64,000 nucleotides of DNA from Cetorhinus maximus (lineage: Eukaryota): contig NC_135901.1 of assembly GCF_964194155.1 (NCBI RefSeq), positions 26,722,001-26,786,000 on the forward strand. The letters run 5' to 3'. Position 1 is the stretch's first letter, and the number at the start of each line of letters is the position of its first letter. Of the stretch, positions 49,060-62,850 are shown piece by piece. Under the pieces are notes generated by a model. It had not been told where the DNA came from. It ran no database searches and saw only the letters and a program-made list of their open reading frames with translations. Position numbers and translations under genes: made by a program.

Positions 49060-49490
49060 TGAGGCAAATCAGCTTCCAAAATGATGCAGAGTTTCAGCCA
49101 ATGAGAGAGATCCGGGCTCAGCCCCGCCCCTCATTCACTCCGATTGGTTGGAGGACCAGCCGCTCCCGCTCGGTCCTCCAGCCCCGCCCCATCTTCCTAT
49201 TGGTCCGGAGCACGGTCAATCACGCCCCACGGGCATTGTAATCTGATCATGCGCAGGCCCTGACGATAGACGGTAAGAGAGCTCGAGCGAGCGGGTTTAA
49301 AATGGAGGTTTTACAAAGACCGAGTGTGGATTCAGAGCCCAAAATAAAACCGGCAACATCTTCTCCCTAAGATGCGACTAGAGAACCGTGAACATTATCC
49401 CCGACTCCCCGGTCTCTCCCTCGCTCGGGTCCGACTCTTGGGGGGTTGGAAAGGTCTGCTAGGCCCTGGCGCATGCGCAGTGTCAGCTCA
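49060..49490. promoter_or_regulatory. Additional CpG-rich promoter-like element
   Basis: Three CCAAT boxes, two GC boxes, perfect NRF1-type GCGCATGCGC near 49470, family dyad motif. Confidence 0.65.
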
Positions 49491-49777
49491 TTCAGGGAGA
49501 GTCTGTAAATGAAGGGAAAAATGATGCAGGTTAGGGAGCGTCTCTAAAAATGATGATTGTCAGGAAAAATCTGCAAATGAAGGAAAAATGATACAAAAAC
49601 AGAAAATGCTGGAAAAACTCAGCAGGTCTAACAGCCTCTGTGGAGAGAACAACAGAGTCAACGTTTCGATTCCATATGACTTCTTCAGTGGAAAAGTGAT
49701 GACTGAGCATGGAGTGCTTTCAAAGGAATGGGGAAATACTGATGAGTAGAGAATGTCTGGAAAGAATCATTGAGTCA

Positions 49778-50740
49778 ACTCCAGTGGAGTTCCCCAGAGA
49801 CCCTTGCTTTTCCTGATACATATTAGCAATCTAGATCTTGGTATGCATGGGACAATTTCAAAGTTTGCGGATGATACAAAACTTGGAAGCACTGTAAACT
49901 GTGAAGGGGACTGTGCAGAACTTCAAAAGGACACAGACAAGTTGTTGGAGTGGGCAGGTCGATGGCAGGTGAAGTTCAATGCAGTGAAGTGATTTCATTT
50001 TGGCAGGAAGAACATGTAGAGACAATATGAAATAAGGGGTACAACTCTAAAGGGTTCAGGAGCAGAGGGACCTGGGTGTATATATGCATAAGTCATTTAA
50101 GTGGCAGGACAGGTGGAGCGAGCAGTTAATAAAGCATACAGTATCTTGGGCTTTATTCATAGGGGCAGAGAGTACAAGAGCAAGGAGGTTATGCTGATTT
50201 TATATAAGGCACTAGTTAGACCTCAGCTGGAGTATTGTGTACAGTTCTGGGAGCCACACTTTTGGAAGGATGAGAACGCATTGGAGAGAGTGCAGAAGAG
50301 GTTTACAAGAATGGTTCCAGGGTTGAGAAACTTCAGTTATGAAGATAGATTGGAGAAGTTGGGACTGTTCTTGGAGAGGAGATTTGATAGAAGTGTTCAA
50401 AATCATGAGGGAGCTGGACAGAGTAGAGAGGGAGAAACTTTTCCCGTTTGTAAAAGGATTGAGAATGAGAGGGCACAGATTTAAAGTGATTTGCAAAAGA
50501 AGCAAATGTGATGTGAGAAAAAAGCGTTTTCACACAGCGAGTGGTTGGGGTCTGGAATGCACTTGCCTGGAAGTGTGGCGGAGGCAGGTTCAATCGGGGC
50601 ATTCAAGGAGGCATTAGAATGTGCAGGGGTATGGGGAAAAGGCAGGAGAATGGCACTGAGTCATAACGCTCATTTGGAGAGCTGGTGCCAATGTGATGGG
50701 CTGAACGGCCTCCTTCTGCAATGTAACAATTGTGTGATTG
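49778..50740 (+). mobile_element. CR1 3' fragment
   Basis: ISKFADDTKLG, LVRPQLEYCVQFW. Confidence 0.88.
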
Positions 50741-51212
50741 TGCGATAGAATAGCACAGTACAGGAGGAGGCCATTTGCCCCATTAAGTCTATGCCAGCCC
50801 TTTGCAAGATCCAGTTTGTTCCACTCCCCTGCTCTTTTTCCATAACCACAAGAATTGGGAGCAGGAGTAGGCCATTCAGCACCCCTCCCCCCAAATCTGC
50901 TCACCATTCAATAATATCACGGCTGACCTGATTATAGCCTTAACTCCACCTTCCTTTCTGCCACCCCAGAACCCTTGACCCCCTTGTTGATCAAAACTCT
51001 GTCTAACAGCCTTCTAAATATTCAATGACCCACCTTCCACCTCTCTCTGGGGAAGAGAATTCCACAGACTAAAGACCCTCAGAGAGGAAAAATAAATTCT
51101 CCTTATCTCAGTCTTAAATGGGAAACCCCTAATTCTTAAAATGTGTCCCATGGTCTGCCACAAGGGGAAACACCCAGCATGCACCCTGTCAACTCCCCTC
51201 AGAATCTTAGAT

Positions 51213-51574
51213 GGCGAGGGGATGGCGTAGTGGTATTGTCACTGGACTAGTAATCCAGAGACCCAGGGTAATGCTCTGGGGACCCGGGTTTGAATCCCAC
51301 CACGGCAGATGGTGGAATTTGAATTCAATAAAGATCTGGAATTAAAAGTCTCACGGCGACCATTGTCGATTGTTGTAAAAACCCATCTGGTTCACTAATG
51401 CCCTTTAGGGAAGGAAATCTGCTGTCCTTACCCGGTCTGGGTCTGGTCTACATGTGACTCCAGACCCACAGCAATGTGGTTGACTCTTAAATTCTCTCTA
51501 AACAAGGGCAAATAGGGATGGGCAATAAATGCTGGCCTAGCCAACGACGCCCACATTTCATGAATGAATAAACA
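51213..51574 (+). mobile_element. Full-length tRNA-derived SINE
   Basis: A box TGGCGTAGTGG, B box GGTTTGAATCC, LINE-shared tail, TSD TAGAT. Confidence 0.9.
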
Positions 51575-52930
51575 TAGATCATCTCTCACCCTTCTAAGTA
51601 AGTATAGGCCCAATAAGTATATTCCCCGGGAGTCAGTTGAGTGAACCCTCTCTGTTCTGCAATTATATCCTTTTTTAAGTAAGGAGAGCAAAACTGTACA
51701 CAATATTCCAGATGTGCCCTGTTGCTGGAACAACACTCCAAGCTGCCCAAATTTAAATGCCAAGCTGTCCAAATTTTATACCCTACAATAGCCTTCCTGT
51801 ACAACACTTCCTGTACCAGCATCAGCACATCAACTTTGTATGATTCACGTATCCAGATCACTTGGTACCTCAGAGTCCTGCAGCCTCTCTCCATTCTACT
51901 CTTCCTGCCAAAATGGACAAGTTCACATTTTAGGAACATAGGAGCAGGAGTAGGCCATTCAGCCCATCGAGCCTGCTCTGCCATTCAATACTTTCGTGGC
52001 TAATCATTCACTTCAATGCCTCCCACCCACCCCCCCCCCTCCCCCCCCCCCCAAACGCTATCCCCATATCGCTTTGCGTCATTGGCATTTAGAAATCTGT
52101 CAATCTCTACTTTAAACATACTCAATGACTGAGCTTCGACAGCCCTCTGGGTTAGAGAATTCCAAAGATTCACAACTCCCTGAGTAAAAAAGTTTCTCCT
52201 CACCTCGGTCCTTAATTTGAAATTGCGTCCCTGGGTCCTAGGCTCTCCAACCAGGAGAGCATCCTACCTGCACCTACCCCTGTCTGTCCCTTTAAATATT
52301 TTGTAGGTTTCAATGAGATCACCTCTCATTCTGCGAACCTCTAAAGAATACAGGCCCAGTTTCCCCAATCTCTCTTCACAAGACAGAGGACATAGGATCC
52401 CCAGGAACAAGTCTGGTGAACCTTCGTTGCACTCCCTCTATGGCAATAATACCTTTCCATGGTAAGGGAACCAGAACTGCACACAGGACTCGAGGTGCGG
52501 TCTAACCAAGGTTCTATACAATTGAAGCAAGACTTCACTACTCCTGTACTCAAATCCTCTGGTGAAAAAGGCTAATATACCATTAGCCTTCCTAATTGAC
52601 TGCTGCACCTGCTTGTTAGCTTTCAGTGACTTATGGACAAAGACACCTGAGTCTCTTTGTACATCTACACTTTCTAATCTCTTACTATTTAAGAAATACT
52701 CTGCACGTCTGCTCCTTCTACCAAAGTGGATAACCTCACATTTTTCCACATTACATTCCATCTGTCATGTTCTTGCCCACTCACTTAAGTCTGTCCAAAT
52801 CCTATTGAAGCCGTTTTACAACTTCCTCACAACACACATTCCCACCTAGCTTTGTGTCATCCGCGAATTTGGAAATATTACATTTGGCCCCCACATCCAC
52901 CCCACATCCAAATCATTGATATATATTGTG

Positions 52931-55900
52931 TGTTATGGCAGGCGGGTGGTAAATGCCAAGCTGCCCAAATCCCAGAGGGAAACTTGAAGCAGCTGCCACA
53001 ACTATTTGCAATTTGTATTTATTTCGAGGTGCGGGCTTTGAGTTCAGTAAAAAGAACACCACCAAGTCTTATAGGTTTCTTAAAAGACTAAATTAAACCT
53101 TTATTACATAAAAAAATGATTTTAAGCACTTAAATAGGTTTACAAATCGCTACTATAATAACTTCTAGCTCCCCTGATTAATCTAACTCCCAATTACACC
53201 TCCGTTAAGACAACAATAAAAACAATAAAATGTATTTTAAAAGACCCAGGCAAAGTAATAGATACCCTAAACAGTCAAACTCAAAGTGAGTTTTCTTAAC
53301 TTCAGTTCTTGCAGACAGCGGTTTGGACACATAGGCTGGAGGCTTTTCACAGTTGTTAGATCTTAGAATTCCTGCCTTTACACACAGCCTTCTCTCCTTT
53401 ATCCATATTTTTTCCATTAAATGCAAATTCCCATTGTTTCACTATGTCTTTGGACTTTACCTCTCTAATAATAAAAATCTATCATAGTGCCAATTTTACC
53501 AGTAATCTTTGGGAAAAATAAACACACTGTTTCTTAACTTCTCCTGGCTAAGTGAAACATTTCACCCCTCTTTTCAATTCAAGCTAGTCTGGTTTATTTT
53601 AAAATGCAAATGTTTCCTCTACACCTCACATTGTAAAACTTCACCCATGTTTACCCACTTAACATTTCAAACCTAGCTTATTTTCTGATTCATCAAAGTC
53701 TTCAGACCAGCTGCCTTTAATTCAATTAAGTCTCCCCCCGCCACACACACACAGACCCATAGACACAGACCCCACTATTACTTTACACCCCATTATTACT
53801 TTACAATAAATTCCAATAACATTATGAACATTATTATATCTTCCTGACATACCCCTCCTTATTAAAAAAAAACATTATAATTTAAAAAGATGGCTTTATT
53901 TTCTGAACTTCCGTGATAAATACCCTATCGGTTTTTCAGTTCCAGTGTCATCTTCTTGTAACAGTACAGCCCCAATGCCTATATCGCTTACATCAATGGA
54001 CAACTTGATTGGCGTAATTGGGTACTGCCAAAACTGGTGTCGTAATTAATACAGTTTTCAAATTGTCAAATGCTTTCTGACAGTCCTGTGTCCATTGAAA
54101 CTTCTTGTTCTTTTTTAATAGTTCAGTCAACGGAGCAACCACACGGCTAAAATTTGGTTCAAATTTCCAGTAAAACCCACTCCTGCCCAGAAATCTCAAA
54201 ACTTCTCGTTTTGTTGTAGGCACGGGGAAATCCAAGATAGCCTTGACTTTCACATCTCTCAGAGCCACCTTACCATGTCCAATGGTATGGCCTAGGTACG
54301 TAACCTGCACTTTTGCAAATTCACTTTTAGCCAAGTTCATCACCAAATTAGCTTCTTGTAATCGAGCAAATAATTCTTCCAGGTGGTGTAACTGCTCCTC
54401 CCACATCTGACTGAAAACTATCCAGTCATCAATATAAACAGCACAATTGCTCAGACCTGCAATTACTTTGTGTGTTAGTCTTTGAGATGTTGCAGGTGCA
54501 TTTTTCATACCAAATGGCATGACATTAATCTGATAAAGTCCATCTGGCATCACAAAAGCCGATATCTCTTTTGCGCTCTCCGATAATGGTACTTGTACTT
54601 GCCAATATCCTTTTAGCAAGTCAATCTTTGTGATAAATTTTGATTGTCCCACTTTCTCAATGCAATCTTCCAGCCGTGGTATACGATATGAATCTGCTTG
54701 GGTCACTGCATTCACCAGTTGATAGTCCACACAGTCTTTCTGTTCCATCTGGCTTCAGTACCAGCACAATAGGTGAACTCCAGTTACTGCAACTAGACTC
54801 TGTTATATCATTTTGAAGCATGAATTCAATTTCTTTCTGTACTTGTGATAACTTTACCGGATTTAATCTATAAGGATGTTGCCTTATCGAAGATGAAACT
54901 TCTACAGACACATCATGTACAGCTAAATTTGGCCTCCCCAACTTATTTCCACAAATAGCTTTGTGTGACTGCAATAGCTTCTCAAAATCGCTTTGACACT
55001 CGTCTGGAAGGTATTACATTTAAATTGTCAAGTACCCCCTCGTTATCCAATTTGATTAGAGGAAAATCAGCCTCAGAATCCTGCATTTCAACCTCTTTCC
55101 CATTACCTACCACCACGAGCACCTCCTTTTGGTCCTCTCCTCTGTCAAAGTACTTTTTAAGCACATTTACATGACGCACCCTCTGCTTCTTTCTTCTGTC
55201 TGGAGTATTTATTAAATAATTTACTTCACTCAGTTTCTTTTCAATCCTGTAAAGCCCACTAAACCTTGCCTTTAACGAGTCACCCAGTACTGGTAACAGA
55301 ACTAACACTTTCTCCCCACCAACAAAACTACGAGCTGTAGCTTCCCCGTCTTCCTTCACTTTCATCACTTGCTGTGATATCTTTGAATGTTCCGTAACCA
55401 ACTCACATGCTCTGTCCAATCTGTCTCTGAAATTTGGTACATAATCCAGGAGAGCAGTTTCTGAATCTTGACCCACCAATTTCTCAAGAATCAATTTCCG
55501 TGGTACTCTCAACGCATGACCATAAACTAATTCTAAAAGACTAAAACCAGTCAATGCATTAGGAGCACCTTCCAAACCCACGACCACTACCACCTAGAAG
55601 GACAAGAGCAGCAGATAGATGAATAGATGGGCACCGCCTGGAAGTTCCCCTCCAAGACAATCACCATCCTGACTTGGAAATATATCGCCGTTCCTTCACT
55701 GTCACTGGGTCAAAATCCTGGAACTCCCTTCCTAACAGCACTGTGGGTGTACCTACATCACATGCAGACTACAGCGGTTCAAGAAGGCAGCTCACAACCA
55801 CCTTCTCAAGGGCAACTAGGGATGGGCAATAAATGCTGGCCCAGCCAGCAAAGCCCACATCCCGTGGATGAATGATAATAATTTAAAAATCCCTAATAGC

Positions 55901-58900
55901 AAATAACAGGAATGGAATTCCCCAACCCAATCCTGTGGATAATCCTGACTATACACCCTCATCATAGTTTTTAGAGTATGATGCCATCTTTCCAAAGCCC
56001 CTTGTGACTCAGGATGGTAAGCTGTTGACTTAAATTGTTTTATCCCCAAACTGTTCATTACTTCCTTAAACAGCTGTGACATGAAATTTGAACCCTGATC
56101 TAATTGTATTTCCTTAGGTAAACCATATCTTGTAAAACAATTAGTCAACTCTTCCACAGTTTTCTTTGCTGTAATATTTCTCAAAGGCATTGCTTCAGGA
56201 AGCCTGGTAGACACATCCATTGTTGTTGATTTCTACTTTTAGTAGAAGGGCGGGGTCCTACACAATCAACCATGACCCTAGTAAAAGGCTCTTCAAAGGC
56301 TGGAATTGGAATTAAAGGTGCCGGCTTAATCACTGCTTGTGGTTTCCCTATCACCTGACATGTGTGACATGTTCTACAGAATTTGACTACATCATTTTGC
56401 AGTCCAGGCCCGAAAAATGTTTTTGTATTTTTGCCTGTGTCTTTCTAATTCCTAGGTGTTCCCCCATTGGAATTTCATGGGCAATTCTCAGAATCTCATT
56501 TCTACATCCAAATGGTATTATAATCTGATGCACCTCTCCCCAGCTTTCATTTGCTGAAGCATGACTAGGCCTCCGTTTTCCCATTAGAACATTACCTTAA
56601 GGTAATAACATTCTGGAACACATTTTGCCTCTGCTTCTGAGTAAGCTGTTTAATATAAATGTCTTATTTGCAAATCCTTTTTCTGTAACTCCACTAACTG
56701 CCTTGAGTTAAAGCTGCATTGTCTTCCAGACTTTCTTCCTGAACAATGTCATCAAACACACTGTCAGCTAATTGAGCTTCCACACCTTCTCCCTGCCTTT
56801 TAACTTCTTGTCCTTCTTGTTTCAACCTATGAGCCTGTGATCTCGTTATCACACAATCTGGAAACAATCCAGGATGCTCTCTCTGCAACACTTTTGTTGA
56901 AAACACTTCTACAGGCTGCTCAACTACCATGGGCTTCACTCACATCTGGGACCCAGCTGTATCATTACCCAAAATAAATTGAACCCCTGCAATGGGCAAT
57001 TTTTCCACTACTTCAATAATTACCTGACCTGTTTTCCATTTACTCTTTAAATGTACCTTCCACAATGGAATAAGTTTAGCATCTTCATGAACCCCACTTG
57101 TTCCTGCAATACTGCCTCTGAACAACAAATATCCCATAACATTAAGGATTGACTAGACCCATGTGTCTCTTAAAATTTTAACATCTTTACCTACTCCACC
57201 ATGTGCACATGGAAAGACTCCCCCTTCACATACAAAATCTTTAAACATTTCTGCAACCTGCTCCTCAGAACTATCTTGGGTAACTGTGAACACATTCCCA
57301 CTTCTTTACCTATCACTGATCCTGCCTGTTTTACCTGTACACAAACCACTGTTTTTTCCTGTGTCTGAACCTCAGAACCCACAGTACTTTTACTTCCAGT
57401 AAAAAGTACTGCACCCCTGATTTTCCTTGCAATTTCCAGCACACTGACTTCGTGTATCCAACTTTATTGCAATAAAAACAACTTAATTTTCAATGTCACC
57501 TCTACCCTCAGCACCTTCCTTTTTATTCTGAGAAAAAACTTCCTGGGAATTTCCACCTACTCCTCTTCCCTGACTACCCACCTTCCTTTCACCTTCCCAC
57601 TTTCTATCCTTTTCTGATTTAAAAGGGTGATGAGAAAATCACAGAATCACAGAATCTCACAGTGCAGAAGAGGCCCTTCGGCCCATCGAGCCTGCACTGA
57701 CACATGAAAAACAAAAATGTTTAGCTCTATGAACTAACTCATAATTATCAGCTGTCTCTGCTGCTTGTCTTACCATTCCAACCCTCTGTTCCTCCACATG
57801 AGTTCTCACTTGCGAAGGAATTGAATCTTCAAACCCTTCCAAAAGAATTACCGCTCTAAGAGCTGCATATGTTGTCTCTATCTTTAATGCCCATATCCAC
57901 CGGTCAAAATTACTTTGTTTTACTCTCTCAAACTCAATATAAGTTTGCCCAGGCTGTTTTCTCATATTCCTAAATTTCTGCCTGTATCCCCCAGGAACCA
58001 ACTCTTATGCACTCAAAATAGCTTTTTTTTTACCATATTGTAGTTCACCGACACTTCTGACAGTGGAGCATAAACCTCATGTGCTCTACCCACCAACCTG
58101 TATTGTAATGACAATGTCCAGTTTTCCTGTGACCATTTCATCTGTTTAGCTATCTTCTCAAATGAAATAAAGAATTCTTCAACATCTATTTCTTGAAACT
58201 TTGGAAGAGCTTGTACAAATTTAAACATCTCTCCACTGGGTTTTAAGTTAAAGGATTTTTCATCATCAGAACTTTCCTCAGGACCTGAGATTCTCTTTTT
58301 TAACTTTCAGCCTTTTAAGCTGGTATTCCCTTTCTCGTTCCTTCTCTCTTTCCCTTGCCTCTCTTCCTTTATCCTTCTCTCTCTTGCCTGGAATTCCAGT
58401 TCCAGCTTTCTTTCTTTCTCCTGTCTTTCTGCTTGCTCCCTTTGAAGTGCCCTTTCTTTTCCCGCTGCCTCTAATTCCAATTTTTTCATTTGCAACTGAA
58501 TTTGAGCCCATTCCAATGCAGCACCCCTTGGAGAACTCGGTCTCTCAGGTATCCCTTCCAATTTCAAATGTTGTGCTATACCTTCAATTATATCTGACTT
58601 CCTTAACCATGCAGGTAATCCCAATTGTAACTTATCTGCCAATTCCATTAATCTAACTTTAATTACCTTCTGTAAACCAGCCAAAGTTACAACATTAGTT
58701 CCTAGACAAGTCTTGGCAACTGCCAAAGCCACATTGCAGTCTCACCATTTCAAACAAAAACCTCACACCTCCTGAATTCAAAGTACTTCTCATACTTGTA
58801 ACCTTAAGCTTCACCAACACCAAACCAATCAAGGAATTTCAAATGCATCCCGCAAAGAGCCCCCAATTTTGTTATGGCAGGCGGATGGTAAATGCCAAGC

Positions 58901-59759
58901 TGCTCAAATCCCAGAGGGAAACTTGAAGCAGCTGCTACAACTATTTGCAATTTGTATTTATTTTGAGGTGCGGGCTTTGAATTCAGTACAAAGAACACCA
59001 CCAAGTCTTATAGGTTTCTTAACAAAATGAATCAAACCTTTATTAAATTTTTAAAAAATGATTTTAAGCACGTAAATAGGCTTACAAATTACTACTATAA
59101 TAACTTCTAGCTCCCCTGATTAATCTAACTCCCAGTTACACCTCCATTAAGGCAACAATAAAAACACATGTATTTTAAAAGACCCAGGCAAAGTAATAGA
59201 TACCCTAAATAGTCGAATTCAAAGTGAGTTTTCTTAACTTCAGTTCTTACAGACAGCGGTTTGGGCACAGAGGCTGGAGGCTTTTCACACTTCTATCTTA
59301 GAATGCCTGCCTTTACACACAGCCTTCTCTCCTTTATACATGTTTTCCCCTTTGAATGCAAATTTTCACTATGTTTTTGGACTTTACCTCTCTAATAATA
59401 AAAATCTATCATAGTACCAATTTTACCAGTAATCTTTGGGAAAAATAAACACACTGTTTCTTAACTTCTCCTGGCTAAGTGAAACATTCCATCCCCCCTT
59501 TTCAATTCAAGCTAGTCTGGTTTATTTAAAAATGCAAATGTTCCCTTTACACCTCACATTGTAAAACTTCACCCATGTTTACCCACTTAACATTTCAAAC
59601 CTAGCCTATTTTCTGATTCATCAAAGTCTTCAGACCAGCTGCCTTTAATTCAATTAAGTCCCACACACACACACAGGACCCATAGACACAGACCCCACTA
59701 TTACTCTACTTTACAATAAATTCTAATAGCATTATGAAAATTATTATACCTTCCTGACA
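52931..59759 (-). mobile_element. Two-LTR Gmr1-like Gypsy retrotransposon (degenerate; gag-PR-IN-RT-partial RNase H)
   Basis: LTRs 58870-59759 and 52931-53849; TSD (A)TTGTG; tRNA-Pro-like PBS 58847-58865; PPT 53851-53860; integrase (DQGSNF, YHPESQGALER) upstream of RT (MPFGMKNAP, YIDD). Confidence 0.92.
55568..55889 (+). mobile_element. 3' fragment of the tRNA-headed LINE family inside the Gypsy integrase
   Basis: Reverse-complement match to 17785-18095. Confidence 0.85.
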
Positions 59760-60654
59760 ATTGTGAACAGCTGGGGACCGAGTACTGATCCCTGTGGTAC
59801 CGCACTAGACGCAGCCTGCCAAGTGAGAATGACCCGTTTATTCCTACTCTCTGTTTTCTGCCTGTTAATCAATCCTTAATCCATGCCAGTATATTCCCTT
59901 CTATTCCATGTGCTTTGATTTTGCTTATCAGCCTCCTGTGGGGAACTTTATCAAAAGCCTTCTGAAAATCCATGTATACTACATCCACCGTTCACCTTTA
60001 TCAATCCTGTTGGTAACATCTTCAAAAACTCCAACAAGTTTGTCAAACGTGATTTCCCATTCATAAATCCATGTTGACTGTGCCGAGTCAGATCATTATT
60101 ATCCAAGTGTGCATCCTTTATAGTAGTTTATAGCATTTTCCCTACAACTGGCGTAAGGCTAACAGGCCTGTAGTGGAGTGACATTTTCTACCTTCCAATG
60201 TGTAGGAACCATTCCAGAATCTATAGAAGTTTGGAAGAGGATCATCAATGCATCCATTATCTCCATAGCTACCGCTTTCAACTCTCTGGGATGTAGATCA
60301 TCAGGCCCCGGGGGCTTATCAACCTTCGGTCCCATTAATTTCTCCAGTACAATCTTGTTACTAATGCAAATTTCCTTCAATTCCTCATTCTGCTTCGTCC
60401 TTTGGATCTCTAATTCTGTATCTTCCTCAGTGAAGACAGACACAAAGTAATCATTTAGCTTCTCTGCAATTTCCCTGTTCCCCGTTGTGAATTCTCCTGA
60501 CTCTGCCTGTAATGGACCTACGCTTGTCTTAGCCATACATTTCCTTTTTACATATCTATAGGAGCTTTTACAATCCATTTTCATATTTTTTGCCAGTTTA
60601 CGTTCATATTCTATTCTCCCTTTCTGTATCAGTTTCTTGGTCCTCCTTTAATAA

Positions 60655-60795
60655 CAGCTCTGAAGAAGGGTCCTACAGACTGGAAACGTTAACTCTGTCT
60701 CTCTCTCCACAGATGCTGTCAGAGCTGCAGAGTTTTTCCAGCGTTTTCTGTTTTTATTTCAGGTTTCCAGCATCTGCGGTATTTTGCTTTTATCC
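60655..60795 (+). mobile_element. Penelope-like terminal repeat fragment
   Basis: Matches 62718-62850. Confidence 0.75.
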
Positions 60796-62109
60796 TGGTC
60801 CTCCTTTGCTGTATTCTAAAATCCTCCCAATCCTCAGGTTTACTACTATTCCTGGCAACTTTATAGGCCTTTTCTTTTAATCTTATACAATCCGTCACTT
60901 CCTTTGTTCGCCACTGTTGACGGACTTTGGGTTTTTGTGCCTCAAAGGAATGTTATGATTGCTGTAAGCTATGTAATAATTCTTTAAAGACTGTCCATCG
61001 TCATACCTTTTAATGTATTTTCCCAATCCGCTTCAGCCAATTTGCCCTCGTACCTTCATAATTTCCTTTGTTCAACTTTAACACCCTTGCTTCAGATTGA
61101 ACAACCTCACTTTCCAACATAATGTAAAATTCTATCACGTTATGGTCACTCATCCCTAAAGGTTATTTTACAACAAGTTTATTAATTAGCCCTTTGTTTT
61201 GTTACGTAATACTAGATCTAAAATAGCCTATTCCCCGTTGGTTCCTCAACATACTGCTCCAGAAAACCATCCCCAACGCACTCCAGAAACTTGTCTTCCA
61301 CAGCATTAGGCTTACCCAGTCTGTATGCAGATCGAAGTCACCCGTGATTACTGTATCAGCCCTGCTACACGCTTCTCTAACCTCCTGATTAATACCATGT
61401 CCCGCACCACCTCCATTGTTTGGTGGCCTGTAAACAACCCATACCTACGTTTGCGGTCCCTTGCTGCTTCTTAGCACCGTCCGAACAGATTCCACATTTT
61501 GTTCTTCCGATCTGAATCCTCCCTTGCTAATACGCTGATCCCACCCCTTAACATCAGCGCCATGCCACCTCCTTTTCCTTTCTGCCTGTCCTTCCTAAAT
61601 GTCGAACGTCCTTGAACATTCAGTTCCCAGTCTCAGCCTGAATTTTTCCCGCATCGGCCGGGCTCAGCGGGAGCGGGTGGGGGCGGTCGCGGAGCTGAAC
61701 ACCGCCATTTTACACAGGCAGGCCAATTGAGGCCCGCCCAGCGTAATACGCGAGGGGTGGCTACCTGTGCAGGCGGGGAGGAGGGAGAGTCGGGCCTAGC
61801 GCACAGTTCGCGCATGCGCACGAAAGAGCGCATCAATCTCCCTGAGGTAGCTCCGTGCCTCGGAGATGATTGAAGCGGTTTTTTAAAAAAATAAATAAAT
61901 GCAATAAAAATGTAATGAACCATATCCCACCACTTGTGTCACGTGAGATGGGACATGTTTTTATTTTTCCAGAAAAAGTTTTTATTTAATTCGCAAAAGC
62001 TTTAGGAAACCTTGACCCGCTCGTGGAATGAGGTTTTCTAAAAAACGTAAAGGCCGCTTGGCCTTTTCCCCCCCCAAAACCGTTAGGTTGGACGGGCAGC
62101 GTAACATTC

Positions 62110-62850
62110 CGCAAGCATGACCCAGACCCGCAAGCGTGACCCAGACCTCCCTGTCGCTTGCCATTTCAACACACCACCCTGCTCTCATGCCCGCATGTCC
62201 GTCCTTGGCTTGCTGCAATGTTCCAGTGAAGCTCAACACAAACTGGAGGAACAGCACCTCATCTTCCAACTAGTCACTTTACAGCCTTCTGACTGAATAT
62301 TGAGTTCAACAATTTTAGATCATGAACGCTCTCCTCCATCTCCACCCCCTTTCCGATCCCCCTTTTTCCAATAATTTATAATTTTTTTACACTAGATATT
62401 TTTCTTTTCCCTCCTATTTTTAAATTTATTTCGATCCATTGTTTCATCTCCACCTTTTAGCCCATTTCGATCCCTTCCCCCCACCCCATCCCCACTAGGG
62501 CCGTCTGCCACTAGCTTGTCCTGCTTGCTTCCCTTAATGTCACCATTAGCACATTCCTTAGATAATATCACCACCGTCAACACCCCTTTGTCCTTTTGTC
62601 TATGATATCTTTAGCAATCTCTTCTTTGCCTCCACCTATCACTGGCCCTCTATCCAGCTCTACCTGTCCCACCCACTTCTACCAGCTTATATTTCATCTC
62701 ATTTCTATATTTCCTTAGCTCTGACGAAGAGTCATACGGACTCGAAACGTTAACTGTATCCCTCTCCGCAGATGCTGTCAGACCTGCAGAGTTTTTCCAG
62801 CTATTTTTGTTTTTGTTCTAGATTTCCAGCATCCGCAGTATTTTGCTTTC
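62110..62850 (+). mobile_element. Penelope-like element 3' end (GIY-YIG C-terminus and terminal repeat)
   Basis: DLPVACHFN...KLEEQHLIFQL.TLQP..LNIEF translation, followed by hammerhead-bearing repeat. Confidence 0.8.
62721..62755 (+). ncRNA. Minimal hammerhead ribozyme core
   Basis: CUGACGA-A-GAGUC-AUACG-GACUC-GAAA-CGUUA: conserved core, 5-bp stem II, palindromic AACGUU. Confidence 0.65.
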
